A stretch of DNA of 40,143 bases from Alphaproteobacteria bacterium (GCA_024639035.1 JAHEJE010000001.1:1-40143), one strand, 5' to 3'. Numbered from the stretch's first letter, positions 20,262 to 32,026 are shown. Made by a program: numbers and translations. Notes: generated by a model not told the origin, from the letters alone.

Positions 20262-20570
20262 ATGCAAAGGCAAAACATCCGTATCCGGCTGAAGGCGTTC
20301 GATCATCGTGTCCTGGACACATCGACGCTGGAGATCGTGAACACGGCCAAGCGGACCGGAGCGCAGGTGCGCGGCCCGGTTCCGTTGCCGACAAGGATTG
20401 AGCGGTTCACCGTTAACAGATCGCCGCATGTCGACAAGAAGAGCCGCGAGCAGTTCGAAACCCGGACCCATCGTCGCTTGCTTGATATTGTCGACCCGAC
20501 ACCACAGACCGTCGATGCTTTGATGAAGCTCGATCTGGCCGCCGGTGTCGATGTGGAGATCAAGCTCTAG
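20262..20570 (+). CDS. rpsJ: 30S ribosomal protein S10
   Basis: [19 protein letters not shown] ... [13 protein letters not shown]. Length is 102 aa. Confidence 0.98.
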   Translation: MQRQNIRIRLKAFDHRVLDTSTLEIVNTAKRTGAQVRGPVPLPTRIERFTVNRSPHVDKKSREQFETRTHRRLLDIVDPTPQTVDALMKLDLAAGVDVEIKL

Positions 20571-20597
20571 AGAGCTTATTTGGAGGAGTTGGGATCG

Positions 20598-21350
20598 ATG
20601 CGTTCAGGTGTCATCGCCCAGAAAGTCGGAATGTCACGGGTCTTCACCGATGAAGGTGCAAGCATCCCTGTGTCTGTTCTCAAGTTGGAGAACTGCCAGG
20701 TCGTGGCCCACAAGACTGAGGAAAAGCACGGCTACACCGCTTTGCAGATCGGCGTGGGCAACGCCAAGGTAAAGCGCATGACGCGCGCCGACCGCGGCCA
20801 CTTTGCCGTCGCCAAGGTCGAGCCCAAGCGCAAGCTCGCCGAGTTCCGCGTCTCGACCGACAACATGATCGAGGTCGGTGCCGAAATCACCGCCGATCAC
20901 TTTGTCGCCGGACAGTATGTCGACGTGACCGGCGTTTCGATCGGCAAGGGTTTCGCCGGCGCCATGAAGCGTTGGAACTTCGGCGGCCTGCGCGCCTCGC
21001 ACGGCGTTTCGGTTTCACATCGTGCGCATGGTTCGACCGGCAACAGCCAGGACCCCGGCAAGGTGTTCAAGGGCAAGAAGATGGCCGGCCACATGGGCTC
21101 AGACCGGGTGACGACGCAGAACCTGAAGATTGTCAGCACCGATCCCGAGCGTGGCCTGATCTTGGTCCACGGCGCCGTACCCGGCGCCAAGGGCGGCTGG
21201 GTTTTCCTGCGCGATGCGGTCAAGCGCAAGTTGCCGGACGGCGTACCGTTTCCCGGAGCGTTCAAGGCGCCGGCCGGCAGTGCCGCAGCACAAGACGCAC
21301 CTGCCGAGGAGGCCGACACGTCCGCCGATACGCCGGCCAGTGAGGAATAG
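20598..21350 (+). CDS. rplC: 50S ribosomal protein L3
   Basis: [20 protein letters not shown] ... [18 protein letters not shown] at 20598 follows GGAGG. The ORF-track TTG at 20580 is less likely. Confidence 0.96.
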   Translation: MRSGVIAQKVGMSRVFTDEGASIPVSVLKLENCQVVAHKTEEKHGYTALQIGVGNAKVKRMTRADRGHFAVAKVEPKRKLAEFRVSTDNMIEVGAEITADHFVAGQYVDVTGVSIGKGFAGAMKRWNFGGLRASHGVSVSHRAHGSTGNSQDPGKVFKGKKMAGHMGSDRVTTQNLKIVSTDPERGLILVHGAVPGAKGGWVFLRDAVKRKLPDGVPFPGAFKAPAGSAAAQDAPAEEADTSADTPASEE

Positions 21351-21362
21351 GGATACCGAGCG

Positions 21363-21983
21363 ATGAAAGCCGACGTTCAAACACTAGAGGCCAAAAAGGC
21401 CGGCACGGTCGATCTGTCCGATCACATTTTCGGGCTCGAGCCGCGCGAAGATATCATTCACCGCATGGTTGTATACCAGCTTGCCAAGCGCCAGGCCGGC
21501 ACTCACAAGACCAAGACCCGCGGCGAGATCAACCGCACCGGCGCCAGGTTCGGCCGCCAGAAGGGTGGCGGCCGCGCCCGCCACGGCAGCCGCCGCGCCA
21601 ACATCTTCGTTGGCGGCGCCAAGGCATTCGGCCCGCGTGTGCGCAGCCATGCCATCGGTCTGCCGAAGAAGATCAGGGCCCTGGCCTTGCGCCATGCGCT
21701 GTCGGCCAAGGCCGGCTCCGGCGAGCTGATCGTGCTCGACAAGGCTGAGAGCAAGGCCCCGAAGGCCAAGGAACTGAAGGCCGCTTTTGCTAAGCTCGGT
21801 CTCGACAATGCCTTGATCATCGACGGTGCCGAGGTGAACCAGAATTTCGCACTCGCTGCGCGTAATCTGTCGAACATCGATGTGCTTCCGGTTCAGGGCA
21901 TCAATGTCTACGACATCCTGAAGCGGCATAAGCTGGTGCTGACGAAGTCGGCGGTCGAAGCGCTGGAGGCGCGTTACAAATGA
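21363..21983 (+). CDS. rplD: 50S ribosomal protein L4
   Basis: 206 aa with [34 protein letters not shown], typical of L4. It sits in the S10-operon position. Confidence 0.97.
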   Translation: MKADVQTLEAKKAGTVDLSDHIFGLEPREDIIHRMVVYQLAKRQAGTHKTKTRGEINRTGARFGRQKGGGRARHGSRRANIFVGGAKAFGPRVRSHAIGLPKKIRALALRHALSAKAGSGELIVLDKAESKAPKAKELKAAFAKLGLDNALIIDGAEVNQNFALAARNLSNIDVLPVQGINVYDILKRHKLVLTKSAVEALEARYK

Positions 21984-22273
21984 GCACCGAGAAACTCTAC
22001 GATGTCATACTGTCGCCGGCGATCACCGAAAAGGCGACCATAGCGTCTGAGTACAACCAGGTTGTGTTCAATGTCGCGCGCACGGCGTCCAAGCCGCAGA
22101 TCAAGAAGGCGGTCGAAAGTCTGTTCGATGTCAAGGTAACTGCTGTCAACACACTGGTGCGCAAGGGCAAGATCAAGCGCTTCCGCGGCATGCTTGGCCA
22201 GCAGAGCAATGTAAAGAAAGCCGTCGTGACCCTGGCCGAAGGCCATTCCATCGACGTCACAACCGGCCTTTGA
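21980..22273 (+). CDS. rplW: 50S ribosomal protein L23
   Basis: 97 aa beginning [15 protein letters not shown]. Its start overlaps the rplD stop in an ATGA junction. Confidence 0.96.
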   Translation: MSTEKLYDVILSPAITEKATIASEYNQVVFNVARTASKPQIKKAVESLFDVKVTAVNTLVRKGKIKRFRGMLGQQSNVKKAVVTLAEGHSIDVTTGL

Positions 22274-22296
22274 GCAGTAGGGACTGAGGCGAGCAA

Positions 22297-23136
22297 ATGG
22301 CATTAAAATCCTTCAAACCCAACACCTCGAGCCAGCGCCAGCTGGTGATCGTGGACCGTTCCGGTCTGTGGAAGGGCAAGCCGGTCAAGGGTCTGACCGA
22401 GGGCCTGACCAAGAGCGGCGGCCGCAACAATGTCGGCCGTGTGACCGCCTACCACCGCGGTGGCGGCCACAAGCGCACTTACCGCAAGATCGATTTCCGC
22501 CGTGTAACCCACGACGTTTCCGCGACCGTGGAACGGATCGAGTATGACCCGAACCGGACTGCGTTCATCGCGCTGATCAGATATGAAGACGGCCAGCAGA
22601 ACTACATCCTGGCACCGCAGCGTGTCAGCGTCGGCGACAAGGTCATCTCGTCTGCAAGCCAGGTTGATGTGAAGCCCGGCAACGCCATGCCGCTGTCGGC
22701 AATGCCGATCGGCACCATCGTGCACAACGTCGAGCTGAAGCCCGGCAAGGGCGGTCAGATTGCCCGCTCCGCCGGCACCTACGTTCAACTGGTCGGCCGC
22801 GATCAGGGCTACGCACTGCTGCGGCTGAAATCCGGTGAGACCCGCATGGTTCGCTCCGAATGCATGGCCACCGTCGGCGCGGTGTCCAATCCGGACCACA
22901 TGAACACCTCGATCGGCAAGGCCGGGCGTTCGCGCTGGCTCGGCCGCAAGCCGGTGGTACGCGGTGTCGTGATGAACCCGATCGATCACCCGCACGGCGG
23001 TGGTGAAGGCCGCACCTCCGGTGGCCGTCATCCGGTAACCCCATGGGGCAAGCCGACCAAGGGCAAACGCACCCGGTCCAACAAGGCGACCGATAAATTC
23101 ATCGTCCGCTCGCGCCACCAGCGCAAGAAGAGATAA
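22297..23136 (+). CDS. rplB: 50S ribosomal protein L2
   Basis: [14 protein letters not shown] ... GGGHKRTYR ... [17 protein letters not shown]. Confidence 0.98.
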   Translation: MALKSFKPNTSSQRQLVIVDRSGLWKGKPVKGLTEGLTKSGGRNNVGRVTAYHRGGGHKRTYRKIDFRRVTHDVSATVERIEYDPNRTAFIALIRYEDGQQNYILAPQRVSVGDKVISSASQVDVKPGNAMPLSAMPIGTIVHNVELKPGKGGQIARSAGTYVQLVGRDQGYALLRLKSGETRMVRSECMATVGAVSNPDHMNTSIGKAGRSRWLGRKPVVRGVVMNPIDHPHGGGEGRTSGGRHPVTPWGKPTKGKRTRSNKATDKFIVRSRHQRKKR

Positions 23137-23150
23137 GGGCACTAGCTGTT

Positions 23151-23429
23151 ATGGCACGTTCAGTTTGGAAAGGTCCGTTTGTCGACGGATATTTGTTGAA
23201 GAAGGCCGATGCCGCGCGGGCGTCCGGTCGCAACCAGGCGATCAAGACCTGGAGCCGGCGTTCGACGATCCTGCCGCAGTTCGTCGGCCTGACATTCGCC
23301 GTTCACAATGGCACAAAGCACGTCCCCGTTCTGGTGACCGAAGACATGGTTGGCCACAAGTTGGGTGAATTCGCTCCGACGCGGACCTATTACGGTCACG
23401 CATCGGACAAGAAGGCAAGGAGAGTTTAG
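23151..23429 (+). CDS. rpsS: 30S ribosomal protein S19
   Basis: [18 protein letters not shown] ... [27 protein letters not shown]. Confidence 0.98.
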   Translation: MARSVWKGPFVDGYLLKKADAARASGRNQAIKTWSRRSTILPQFVGLTFAVHNGTKHVPVLVTEDMVGHKLGEFAPTRTYYGHASDKKARRV

Positions 23430-23434
23430 GTCTG

Positions 23435-23815
23435 ATGGGCAAGAGCTCAAAAGAACGCGCGCTGGCGGAAAACGAAGCCAAGGCTGTAAACCGCCTGCTG
23501 CGCATCAGCCCGCAGAAGCTCAACGACGTTGCCGCACAAATTCGCGGCAAGAAGGTTGATGCTGCACTGGCCGATTTGACGTTTTCGCGCAAGCGCATCG
23601 CCAAGGACGTCAAGAAGACGCTGGAATCGGCAATCGCCAATGCGGAAAACAATCATGACCTCGACATCAACGAGCTGATTGTTGCCGAGGCATATGTAGG
23701 AAAGAACATGGTGATGAAACGCTGGAAGCCGCGGGCACGTGGCCGGGTCGGTGGCATCAAGAAGTTCTTCAGCCAGCTTACGATCGTTGTTCGGCAGGTT
23801 GAGGAGGCCGCCTGA
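23435..23815 (+). CDS. rplV: 50S ribosomal protein L22
   Basis: 126 aa with [30 protein letters not shown] ... [15 protein letters not shown]. Confidence 0.97.
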   Translation: MGKSSKERALAENEAKAVNRLLRISPQKLNDVAAQIRGKKVDAALADLTFSRKRIAKDVKKTLESAIANAENNHDLDINELIVAEAYVGKNMVMKRWKPRARGRVGGIKKFFSQLTIVVRQVEEAA

Positions 23816-24537
23816 TGGGTCAGAAAGTCAATCCGATTGGGCTGCGGCTCGGAATCAACCGCACCTGGGACTCGCGCTGGTATGCCGAAGGCAATGAATA
23901 CGGCCGTCTGCTGCACGAGGACATGCGCATCCGCAAGTACCTGAAGGAGCAGCTGCGCCAGGCCGGGGTTTCGAAAATAGTCATCGAGCGGCCGCACAAG
24001 AAGTGCCGGGTGACGATCTATTCGGCCCGTCCGGGCGTGGTCATCGGCAAGAAGGGCGCCGACATCGAAAAGCTGCGCCGGGAAGTCGCCAAGATCACCG
24101 GCACCGACGTGCATTTGAACATCGTCGAAGTCCGCAAGCCTGAAATCGATGCGACACTGGTGGCCGAGAACATCGCCCAGCAGCTTGAGCGTCGCGTCGC
24201 CTTCCGCCGTGCCATGAAACGCGCCGTGCAATCGGCCATGCGCATGGGTGCGCTTGGCATCCGCATCAACTGTGGCGGCCGGCTGGGCGGAGCGGAAATC
24301 GCCCGTACCGAATGGTATCGCGAGGGCAGGGTGCCGCTGCATACACTGCGCGCCGACGTCGACTATGGTTACGCCACTGCCCACACCGCCTATGGCACCA
24401 ACGGCATCAAGGTGTGGATTTTCAAGGGCGAGATTCTCGAGCATGACCCGATGGCGCAGGAACGGCGCCTGGCGGAAGCGCAGGAAGGTGGCCGCCCCGG
24501 TGGACGCCCCGGTGGCTCACGGCGCGATCGTGCCTGA
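23815..24537 (+). CDS. rpsC: 30S ribosomal protein S3
   Basis: [24 protein letters not shown], with KH and S3-C domains. It overlaps the rplV stop by 1 nt (TGATG). Confidence 0.98.
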   Translation: MGQKVNPIGLRLGINRTWDSRWYAEGNEYGRLLHEDMRIRKYLKEQLRQAGVSKIVIERPHKKCRVTIYSARPGVVIGKKGADIEKLRREVAKITGTDVHLNIVEVRKPEIDATLVAENIAQQLERRVAFRRAMKRAVQSAMRMGALGIRINCGGRLGGAEIARTEWYREGRVPLHTLRADVDYGYATAHTAYGTNGIKVWIFKGEILEHDPMAQERRLAEAQEGGRPGGRPGGSRRDRA

Positions 24538-24580
24538 GTTTGTCTGAATAGGTTTTGATTAGGGTTTAGGGACAAGAACA

Positions 24581-24994
24581 ATGTTGCAGCCAAAGCGCAC
24601 AAAGTTCCGTAAGCAGCACAAAGGACGCATCCACGGTGCGGCCAAGGGTGGCTACGACCTCAATTTCGGCGCCTTCGGCCTGAAAGCGATGGAACCGGAG
24701 CGGATAACAGCGCGCCAGATCGAAGCGGCGCGCCGCGCGATGACCCGCCACATGCGCCGTGCCGGCCGTGTCTGGATCCGCGTGTTTCCCGATGTGCCGG
24801 TTTCCAAGAAGCCGACCGAAGTGCGCATGGGCAAGGGCAAGGGCACGCCGGAATACTGGGCAGCCCGGGTCAACCCTGGCCGGGTGATGTTCGAGATCGA
24901 CGGCGTGTCGCGCGAGATCGCCGAAGAGGCCATGCGTTTGGCCGCAGCCAAACTGCCGATCAAGACGCGTTTCGTGGCGCGGCTTGGCGAATAG
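24581..24994 (+). CDS. rplP: 50S ribosomal protein L16
   Basis: [19 protein letters not shown] ... [12 protein letters not shown]. Confidence 0.98.
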   Translation: MLQPKRTKFRKQHKGRIHGAAKGGYDLNFGAFGLKAMEPERITARQIEAARRAMTRHMRRAGRVWIRVFPDVPVSKKPTEVRMGKGKGTPEYWAARVNPGRVMFEIDGVSREIAEEAMRLAAAKLPIKTRFVARLGE

Positions 24995-25025
24995 CGCCGC
25001 CGGTTGATTTGAGGATACAGGACCG

Positions 25026-25229
25026 ATGAAAGCCAGTGACGTAAGAGCGATGACCGAGGACCAGCTTGGCGACGAGCTGATCAAGCTGAAGAAGGAGCAG
25101 TTCAACCTGCGCTTCCAGACAGCCTCGGGACAGATCGAGAATACAGCGCGAATTCGCCAGGTACGGCGTGATATTGCGCGCATCAAGACGATGCAGACCG
25201 CTCGGCGCGCAAGCGCTGACGCGAGCTAG
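25026..25229 (+). CDS. rpmC: 50S ribosomal protein L29
   Basis: 67 aa with [44 protein letters not shown]. Confidence 0.96.
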   Translation: MKASDVRAMTEDQLGDELIKLKKEQFNLRFQTASGQIENTARIRQVRRDIARIKTMQTARRASADAS

Positions 25230-25245
25230 TTGGAGAAAGATTGAG

Positions 25246-25494
25246 ATGCCAAAACGCATCCTTCAGGGCGTTGTTGTCAGCGATAAGGCGGACAAGACCA
25301 TTGTTGTCAATGTCGAGCGCCGTTTCACTCATCCGGTGATGAAGAAGACGGTCCGGCGGACCAAGAAATACCATGCCCACGACGAGGCCAATGCGGCCAA
25401 GATCGGCGATGTGGTGCGGATCGAGGAGTGCCGTCCGGTCTCCAAGAGCAAGACCTGGAACTTGCTCGAAAAGGTAGCGGCCGCCGACGCCTGA
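25246..25494 (+). CDS. rpsQ: 30S ribosomal protein S17
   Basis: [50 protein letters not shown] at 25246 follows GGAGAAAG. The ORF-track start at 25168 overlaps rpmC and is rejected. Confidence 0.96.
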   Translation: MPKRILQGVVVSDKADKTIVVNVERRFTHPVMKKTVRRTKKYHAHDEANAAKIGDVVRIEECRPVSKSKTWNLLEKVAAADA

Positions 25495-25579
25495 TGTGGG
25501 CGTTCGCGGTAGATGAATAAGTGTTGATTGCTTGTGGTCCAGTTGCTGGGCCTGGCGCGACAGGAAAACGGGTAATGCC

Positions 25580-25948
25580 ATGATTCAGGCAGAAACAAAT
25601 CTCGACGTCGCTGACAACTCCGGCGCCCGCCGGGTGCAGTGCATCAAGGTGCTCGGCGGCTCCAAGCGCAAGTACGCGCGCGTCGGCGACATCATCGTGG
25701 TGTCGGTCAAGGAGGCGATCCCGCGCGGCCGCGTGAAGAAAGGCACGGTGATGAAAGCCGTCGTCGTCCGCACGGCCAAGGATATTCGCCGCGGCGACGG
25801 TTCGGTGATCCGTTTCGACCGCAATGCGGCGGTGATGATCAACAATCAGGGTGAGCCGGTCGGTACCCGCATCTTTGGCCCCGTTCCCCGCGAATTGCGC
25901 GGCAAGAAGCACATGAAGATCGTTTCTCTTGCCCCGGAGGTATTGTAA
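25580..25948 (+). CDS. rplN: 50S ribosomal protein L14
   Basis: [28 protein letters not shown], 122 aa. The ORF-track start at 25532 is rejected. Confidence 0.97.
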   Translation: MIQAETNLDVADNSGARRVQCIKVLGGSKRKYARVGDIIVVSVKEAIPRGRVKKGTVMKAVVVRTAKDIRRGDGSVIRFDRNAAVMINNQGEPVGTRIFGPVPRELRGKKHMKIVSLAPEVL

Positions 25949-26272
25949 ATGCCGGTGAAAATGAAAATCAGGAAGGGCGATCGCGTGACTGTGATCGCCG
26001 GTCGCGACAAGGGCCGCTCAGGCGATGTGGTCAAGGTTCTGCCCAAGGACAACCGGGTGATCGTGTCGGGCATCAATGTTGCGCGTCGTCACCAGCGCCA
26101 GTCGGCCGGCCAGGAAGGCGGCATCGTCAGCAAGGAGCTGCCGATCGCCATTTCCAATCTCGCCCTGCTTGATCCCAAGGACAACAAGCCGACCCGGGTT
26201 GGCTACAAGGTGCTCGAAGACGGCCGCAAGGTCCGGGTTGCCAAACGCTCTGGAGAAGTGATCGATGGCTGA
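25949..26272 (+). CDS. rplX: 50S ribosomal protein L24
   Basis: KOW motif [28 protein letters not shown] lies directly after the rplN TAA, with GGAGG 10 nt upstream. Confidence 0.96.
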   Translation: MPVKMKIRKGDRVTVIAGRDKGRSGDVVKVLPKDNRVIVSGINVARRHQRQSAGQEGGIVSKELPIAISNLALLDPKDNKPTRVGYKVLEDGRKVRVAKRSGEVIDG

Positions 26273-26837
26273 TGCGTATGTACCGCGTCTGAGACAGCAC
26301 TACGACAAGGTGGTGCGTCCGGCGCTTCAGGAAAAGTTCAACTACACCAACCCGATGCAGGTTCCCAAGCTGGAAAAGATCGTCCTGAACATGGGTGTTG
26401 GCGAGGCCGTCGGCGATTCCAAGATGGTCAACGTGGCGCTTGAGGAAATGACCAAGATTGCCGGCCAGAAGCCGGTGATTACCAAGGCGCGCAAGTCGAT
26501 CGCCAATTTCAAGGTCCGTGAAGAGATGCCGGTCGGCGTGAAAGTCACCCTGCGCAAGGCGCGCATGTATGAATTTCTCGACCGCTTCATCACCATCGCG
26601 CTGCCGCGGGTTCGCGATTTTCGCGGCCTTTCGGCAACCAGTTTCGATGGCAACGGCAACTATGCGACCGGCATCAAAGAGCACCTGGTATTTCCGGAAA
26701 TCGACTACGACAAAATCGATCAGGTGTGGGGTTTCGATGTCGTGGTGTGCACCAGCGCCACCACCGACAAGGAAGCTTATGCCCTGCTTGAAGGGTTCAA
26801 TTTCCCGTTTCGCAAGCGGCAGCGTCAGGCAGCCTGA
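26265..26837 (+). CDS. rplE: 50S ribosomal protein L5
   Basis: 190 aa with [42 protein letters not shown]. It overlaps rplX by 8 nt. Confidence 0.97.
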   Translation: MADAYVPRLRQHYDKVVRPALQEKFNYTNPMQVPKLEKIVLNMGVGEAVGDSKMVNVALEEMTKIAGQKPVITKARKSIANFKVREEMPVGVKVTLRKARMYEFLDRFITIALPRVRDFRGLSATSFDGNGNYATGIKEHLVFPEIDYDKIDQVWGFDVVVCTSATTDKEAYALLEGFNFPFRKRQRQAA

Positions 26838-26880
26838 CCGGCCGGCAAGCGGCAGTGAAAGACAACGAGGTAGATAGAAA

Positions 26881-27186
26881 ATGGCAAAGAAAAGCGCAAT
26901 CGAAGCGAACGAAAAGCGCAAAGCACTTGCGAAGAAGTACGCAAGCAAGCGCGCTCGGCTGAAGGCGATTGCAACCGACCAGTCTTTGTCAATGGAAGAG
27001 CGCTTCGATGCCCAGCTCAAACTGGCCGAATTGCCGCGTAATTCCAGCCCGAACAGAGTTCGCAACCGGTGTGATGTCTCCGGACGTCCGCGCGGCTATT
27101 ATCGCAAGCTCAAGATGTCACGCATTTCCTTGCGCGATTTGTCCAACCAGGGGCTGATCCCCGGCATGGTCAAGTCGAGCTGGTAA
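26881..27186 (+). CDS. rpsN: 30S ribosomal protein S14 (long, non-zinc form)
   Basis: 101 aa with [29 protein letters not shown] ... KSSW and no CxxC pairs. Confidence 0.97.
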   Translation: MAKKSAIEANEKRKALAKKYASKRARLKAIATDQSLSMEERFDAQLKLAELPRNSSPNRVRNRCDVSGRPRGYYRKLKMSRISLRDLSNQGLIPGMVKSSW

Positions 27187-27219
27187 TCGCTGAGCGAGTG
27201 ACGAGAGGAGACAACTGAA

Positions 27220-27618
27220 ATGGCAGTCACTGATCCGATTGGTGATATGTTGACCCGTATCCGCAATGCTCAGCAGCGCGGCAAGAACCGGGTGAATTCG
27301 CCGGCCTCGCGCTTGCGCGAGCGGGTGCTTGAGGTCCTGCAGCGCGAGGGCTTCATCCGCGGTTTCGCCACGGTTCAGCATGACGGGACCAGCGCGGAAC
27401 TCGAAATCGAACTGAAGTATTTCGACGGCGAACCGGTGATCAAGCAGATTCAACGGGTCTCCAAGCCCGGACGCCGGGTCTACGCTTCGGTCGACACGCT
27501 TCCGACCGTGTTTAACGGCCTCGGGATATCGATTCTTTCGACCTCGAAGGGCGTGATGTCCGACAGCGATGCGCGCGATGCGAACGTCGGTGGCGAAGTT
27601 CTGTGCAAGGTCTTCTAG
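27220..27618 (+). CDS. rpsH: 30S ribosomal protein S8
   Basis: [19 protein letters not shown] ... [14 protein letters not shown]. Confidence 0.97.
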   Translation: MAVTDPIGDMLTRIRNAQQRGKNRVNSPASRLRERVLEVLQREGFIRGFATVQHDGTSAELEIELKYFDGEPVIKQIQRVSKPGRRVYASVDTLPTVFNGLGISILSTSKGVMSDSDARDANVGGEVLCKVF

Positions 27619-27690
27619 GCGGCACGGGAAAATGTTTATGGGCGCGCCTGTTTCGGCGCATGTTGGTAACGAGAGATCGGGAATGGATCC

Positions 27691-28224
27691 ATGTCTCGTA
27701 TAGGTAAAAAACCGGTTCAAATCCCTTCCGGGGTGACTGTCGCAATCGAGGGTCAGACCGTGAAGGTGAAGGGCCCGAAGGGCGAGCTGCAGACAGCGCT
27801 TGTCGAACATGTTGTGGTTAAACAGGAAGGCGAAGAAATCGTCATAAGTGCCGTTAACCAGAGCAAGACCGCACGTTCGGCATGGGGGCTGTCGCGCACC
27901 TTGGTCGCCAATATGGTGGTCGGCGTGACGGACGGCTTTTCCAAGGCGCTAGAGATCAACGGCGTTGGCTATCGTGCTGCGGTTCAGGGCAACGGCCTGC
28001 AGCTCAACCTGGGATACAGCCACGATGTGGTGTTTCCGATCCCCAGCGACGTGAAGATCGAGGCGCCGAAACCGACCGAGATCGTCGTCAGCGGCATCGA
28101 CAAACAACGCGTGGGCCAGGTGGCCGCGGAAATCCGTGATTGGCGCCGCCCCGAGCCCTACAAGGGCAAGGGCATCAAGTACGCCGACGAGTATATCTTC
28201 CGCAAGGAAGGCAAGAAGAAGTAA
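27691..28224 (+). CDS. rplF: 50S ribosomal protein L6
   Basis: [33 protein letters not shown] ... [11 protein letters not shown]. Confidence 0.97.
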   Translation: MSRIGKKPVQIPSGVTVAIEGQTVKVKGPKGELQTALVEHVVVKQEGEEIVISAVNQSKTARSAWGLSRTLVANMVVGVTDGFSKALEINGVGYRAAVQGNGLQLNLGYSHDVVFPIPSDVKIEAPKPTEIVVSGIDKQRVGQVAAEIRDWRRPEPYKGKGIKYADEYIFRKEGKKK

Positions 28225-28242
28225 TTCGGAGACCTATTGGTT

Positions 28243-28605
28243 ATGGCTGGCTCTAAGACATCAACACAGCGCCGCAGGCAGCGGGTGCGCCGGGCATTGA
28301 AGCAGCGCCCGAACACGTTCCCGCGCCTGTCGGTTTTCCGTTCGCACAAGAACATCTATGCCCAGGTCATCGACGACCTCAAGGGCGTAACGGTGGCAGC
28401 CGCGTCGACCCTCGATGGGGATTTGCGCAAATCGGTCAAGTCGGGCGGCGACAAGGCCGCTGCCGAGGCCGTGGGTAAATTGGTCGCCGAACGCGCCAAG
28501 AAGGCAGGCGTCGCCGAGGTTGTCTTCGACCGCGGCGGCTATATCTATCATGGTCGGGTGAAAGCCCTGGCCGACGCCGCCCGCGAGGGTGGTTTGAAAT
28601 TCTGA
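28243..28605 (+). CDS. rplR: 50S ribosomal protein L18
   Basis: [11 protein letters not shown] ... [18 protein letters not shown] ... [29 protein letters not shown] at 28243 lies 10 nt after GGAGA. The ORF-track TTG is at 28237. Confidence 0.96.
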   Translation: MAGSKTSTQRRRQRVRRALKQRPNTFPRLSVFRSHKNIYAQVIDDLKGVTVAAASTLDGDLRKSVKSGGDKAAAEAVGKLVAERAKKAGVAEVVFDRGGYIYHGRVKALADAAREGGLKF

Positions 28606-28639
28606 TTTGGATCGAAAAGGCAAGCAGGTAACAAGCGCC

Positions 28640-29179
28640 ATGAGAGAACGTGACCGCGAAGACCGCGACAGCGAATTTGTAGACCGTCTGGTGCACATCA
28701 ATCGTGTCGCCAAGGTGGTGAAGGGTGGCCGGCGCTTCGGCTTCGCCGCACTCGTTGTCGTCGGCGACCAGAAGGGCCGGGTCGGCTTCGGCCATGGCAA
28801 GGCCCGCGAGGTGCCAGAGGCAATCCGCAAGGCAACCGAGAGTGCCAAGCGAGGCCTGATCCGGGTGCCGCTCCGCGAAGGTCGTACCCTGCATCATGAC
28901 GTCAAGGGCCGCCACGGCGCGGGCCGGGTCGTGCTGCGCGCGGCACCTGCCGGCACCGGCATCATCGCCGGCGGTCCGATGCGTGCGGTTTTTGAAAGTG
29001 TGGGCATGCAAGATGTCGTCGCCAAGTCGATCGGATCATCGAATCCGTACAATATGGTGCGCGCCACCTTTAACGCCCTGATCCACGAGACAAGCCCGCG
29101 CAGCGTCGCCGCACGGCGTGGCAAGAAGGTCTCCGAAGTCACATCGCGCCGTCGCGGAGCCGATGCCGGCGCGGAATAG
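28640..29179 (+). CDS. rpsE: 30S ribosomal protein S5
   Basis: [43 protein letters not shown]. Start is uncertain between ATG at 28640 and the ORF-track TTG at 28607. Confidence 0.94.
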   Translation: MRERDREDRDSEFVDRLVHINRVAKVVKGGRRFGFAALVVVGDQKGRVGFGHGKAREVPEAIRKATESAKRGLIRVPLREGRTLHHDVKGRHGAGRVVLRAAPAGTGIIAGGPMRAVFESVGMQDVVAKSIGSSNPYNMVRATFNALIHETSPRSVAARRGKKVSEVTSRRRGADAGAE

Positions 29180-29223
29180 ACCAGCGATCTCGCGGACGAG
29201 ATTGAGTTGCAAGGATTGAACAG

Positions 29224-29418
29224 ATGGCAGACAAGAAGACAGGAAAGACGGTCACGATCGAGCAAACCGGCTCGGCATTGCGTCGCCCGGACCGCCAGCG
29301 CCGCACGTTGGTCGGACTGGGCCTCAACAAGCTGCACCGCCGGCGCACGCTGGAGGATACGCCAGCCGTGCGCGGCATGATTGCCAAGGTATCTCACCTC
29401 GTCAAGGTGATCGACTGA
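29224..29418 (+). CDS. rpmD: 50S ribosomal protein L30
   Basis: 64 aa with [44 protein letters not shown]. Confidence 0.95.
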   Translation: MADKKTGKTVTIEQTGSALRRPDRQRRTLVGLGLNKLHRRRTLEDTPAVRGMIAKVSHLVKVID

Positions 29419-29459
29419 AACGCCCTGAACGACACGCAAGCGAAAGATAGAGCAGTACG

Positions 29460-29966
29460 ATGAAGCTCAATACAATCTCAGACAAGCCGGGCGCCCGCAA
29501 GAATGCCAAGCGCGTCGGCCGTGGTGCCGGCTCCGGCCGCGGCGAGACCGCCGGCCGTGGTGTGAAAGGCCAGACCTCGCGCTCTGGTGTTGCGGTGACC
29601 GGATTTGAAGGCGGCCAGATGCCGATTTATCGCCGGTTGCCCAAGCGCGGCTTCAACAAGCCGAACCGGCTCGACTGGAACGAAATCAACCTCGGCAAGC
29701 TGCAGACTGCCATTGACGCCAAGAAGCTGGACATCAAGAAGCCTGTCGATCTCGCTGCCATGGTGGAAGCCGGGCTGTTCAACAAGTCAAGAGACGGTGT
29801 GCGCCTGCTCGGCAAGGGCGAGCTGAGCGCCAAAGTCAATCTGGTTATCGACCACGCCACCAAGTCGGCGGCAGCAGCGGTCGAAAAGGCCGGCGGCAGC
29901 ATCAAGCTCGTTGAGCGCAAGGCCGAACCGGCCAAATCTGCTGCGGCAGAAACCGCAAAGGAATAG
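29460..29966 (+). CDS. rplO: 50S ribosomal protein L15
   Basis: [38 protein letters not shown] ... [18 protein letters not shown]. Confidence 0.97.
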   Translation: MKLNTISDKPGARKNAKRVGRGAGSGRGETAGRGVKGQTSRSGVAVTGFEGGQMPIYRRLPKRGFNKPNRLDWNEINLGKLQTAIDAKKLDIKKPVDLAAMVEAGLFNKSRDGVRLLGKGELSAKVNLVIDHATKSAAAAVEKAGGSIKLVERKAEPAKSAAAETAKE

Positions 29967-30047
29967 CGCGTCTGCCTTCAGCGCCGGTTGCATCCCGGTG
30001 CCAGCCGCACGATATTGGCTGACGAGGGCGATACGCGAGGATGAACA

Positions 30048-31379
30048 ATGGCATCGGCAGCCGAACAGTTAGCAGCTAACATCAACTTTTCCGCCCTGGC
30101 TAAGGCGGAAGACCTCAAGAAGCGCATCTGGTTCACCCTCGGTGCGCTGATTGTCTATAGATTGGGCACCTACATTCCGATCCCCGGCGTCGATCCGGTG
30201 GAGCTAGCCCGTCTCGTGCAGCAGAACGCCACCGGCATTCTCGGCTGGATCAATGGTCTTGCCGGCGGCGCGCTTGGCCGCATGGCCATCTTCGCCTTGA
30301 CCATCATGCCTTACATTTCGGCGTCGATCATCATCCAGTTGATGACGACGGTCTCGCCCCACCTTGCCCAGCTGAAGAAAGAGGGCGAGCAGGGCCGCAA
30401 GAAGATGAACCAGTACACCCGCTACGGCACCGTGATACTGGCCGCCTTGCAGGCTTACGGCATTGCTGCCGGACTTGAGGGCCAGGGCAACGTGGTAACC
30501 GATCCGGGCTGGTTCTTCCGCGCGTCCACAGTGATTACCCTGACCGGCGGCACCGTGTTCCTGATGTGGCTCGGAGAGCAGATCACCGCGCGCGGCGTCG
30601 GCAATGGTATTTCTCTGATCATCTTTGCCGGCATCGTGGCGGAGTTGCCGTCGGCGCTGGTCGGAACGTTGGAACTCGGCCGCACCGGCCAGCTCTCCAC
30701 CTTTTTGATCATCGGCGTCATCGTCATGGCTCTGGTGGTGATTGCAGGCATCGTGTTCATCGAACGCGCCCAGCGCCGTATCCTGGTGCAGTACCCCAAG
30801 CGCCAGCAGGGCAACAAGATGTTCCAGGGCGACAGCTCGCATCTGCCGCTGAAGCTGAACACCGCCGGTGTGATTCCGCCGATCTTTGCCTCTTCGCTGC
30901 TGTTGCTGCCGATCACCGTGGCCAACTTCAGCCAGGGGCAGGGGCCTGAATGGCTGACCTTCATCACCGCCTTGCTGGGCCGCGGCCAGCCGCTGTTCCT
31001 GGCGTTTTATGCTGCGATGATCATCTTCTTTGCCTTCTTCTACACCGCCATCATGTTCGATCCCAAGGAGACGGCGGACAATCTGAAGAAGTATGGCGGC
31101 TTCGTGCCCGGTTACCGTCCGGGCGAGAGAACGGCGGCCTACATCGATTACGTCCTGACTCGGATCACCGTCGTCGGCGCGCTGTATCTGGCCGTCGTCT
31201 GTCTGTTGCCGGAATTCCTCACCGCCTATGCCCGGGTGCCGTTCTATTTCGGCGGCACATCGCTGCTGATCGTCGTGTCGGTGACCATGGACACGGTCTC
31301 ACAGGTCCAGAGCCACCTGTTGGCACAGCAGTACGAAGGTTTGGTCAAGAAAGCCAAATTGCGAGGAGGTCGCCGATGA
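30048..31379 (+). CDS. secY: Preprotein translocase subunit SecY
   Basis: 443-aa polytopic membrane protein with LKKRIWFTLGALIVYRLGTYIPIPGV and GNGISLIIFAGIV. It sits in the conserved position after rplO. Confidence 0.98.
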   Translation: MASAAEQLAANINFSALAKAEDLKKRIWFTLGALIVYRLGTYIPIPGVDPVELARLVQQNATGILGWINGLAGGALGRMAIFALTIMPYISASIIIQLMTTVSPHLAQLKKEGEQGRKKMNQYTRYGTVILAALQAYGIAAGLEGQGNVVTDPGWFFRASTVITLTGGTVFLMWLGEQITARGVGNGISLIIFAGIVAELPSALVGTLELGRTGQLSTFLIIGVIVMALVVIAGIVFIERAQRRILVQYPKRQQGNKMFQGDSSHLPLKLNTAGVIPPIFASSLLLLPITVANFSQGQGPEWLTFITALLGRGQPLFLAFYAAMIIFFAFFYTAIMFDPKETADNLKKYGGFVPGYRPGERTAAYIDYVLTRITVVGALYLAVVCLLPEFLTAYARVPFYFGGTSLLIVVSVTMDTVSQVQSHLLAQQYEGLVKKAKLRGGRR

Positions 31380-32026
31380 AACTCGTCATGCTCGGACCAC
31401 CCGGTGCCGGCAAGGGCACCCAGGCCCGCCGCCTGCAGGACAGTCGCAACCTTGTGCAGCTTTCGACCGGCGACATGTTGCGCAAGGCTGTGGCCGAGGC
31501 AACCGAATACGGCATCAAGGCCGCCGCCGCCATGAAGGCCGGCGAACTGGTCTCAGACGAAATCGTCATCGCCACTATCTCAGAGCGGCTCGACCAGCCC
31601 GATCTGGCAAACGGTTTCATTCTGGATGGCTTCCCGCGCAACCTTGAGCAGGCCGAAGCCCTCGATGCAATGCTTGAGGCCAAAGGCCTCGTCCTTGATG
31701 CGGTGATCGACATTGCCGTCGTCGACGATGTGCTGGTCGACCGGGTGTCCGGCCGCTACACCTGCGCCAAATGCGGCAAGGGCTACCACGACACGATGGA
31801 AAAGCCCGCTACGGATGGCGTCTGCGACAAATGCGGTTCGACCGAATTCAAGCGCCGGGCCGACGACAACGCCGAGACCGTGCGCAATCGCTTGGAAGTT
31901 TACCACGCCGAGACCGCACCGCTTCAGGACTACTACCGTTCGAAGGGGAAGTTGAAGAGCGTGGACGGCATGGCGGACATCGACGATGTGACCCGCCAGA
32001 TCGAGGAGGAATTGGACGCAGCATGA
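31376..32026 (+). CDS. adk: Adenylate kinase (long form with a Cys4 lid)
   Basis: MKLVMLGPPGAGKGTQ P-loop, GFILDGFPRN, and lid CAKCGKGYH...CDKCGS. The start forms an ATGA overlap with the secY stop. The upstream part of ORF 30950-32026 is an out-of-frame read-through of secY. Confidence 0.96.
   Translation: MKLVMLGPPGAGKGTQARRLQDSRNLVQLSTGDMLRKAVAEATEYGIKAAAAMKAGELVSDEIVIATISERLDQPDLANGFILDGFPRNLEQAEALDAMLEAKGLVLDAVIDIAVVDDVLVDRVSGRYTCAKCGKGYHDTMEKPATDGVCDKCGSTEFKRRADDNAETVRNRLEVYHAETAPLQDYYRSKGKLKSVDGMADIDDVTRQIEEELDAA

Noticed and set aside
30950-31375. N-terminal 142 codons of the 358-aa ORF 30950-32026
   Set aside because: This part overlaps secY in another frame and is Arg/His/Leu-rich nonsense. 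The real gene is adk, starting at the MKLVMLGPPGAGKGTQ methionine at 31376.
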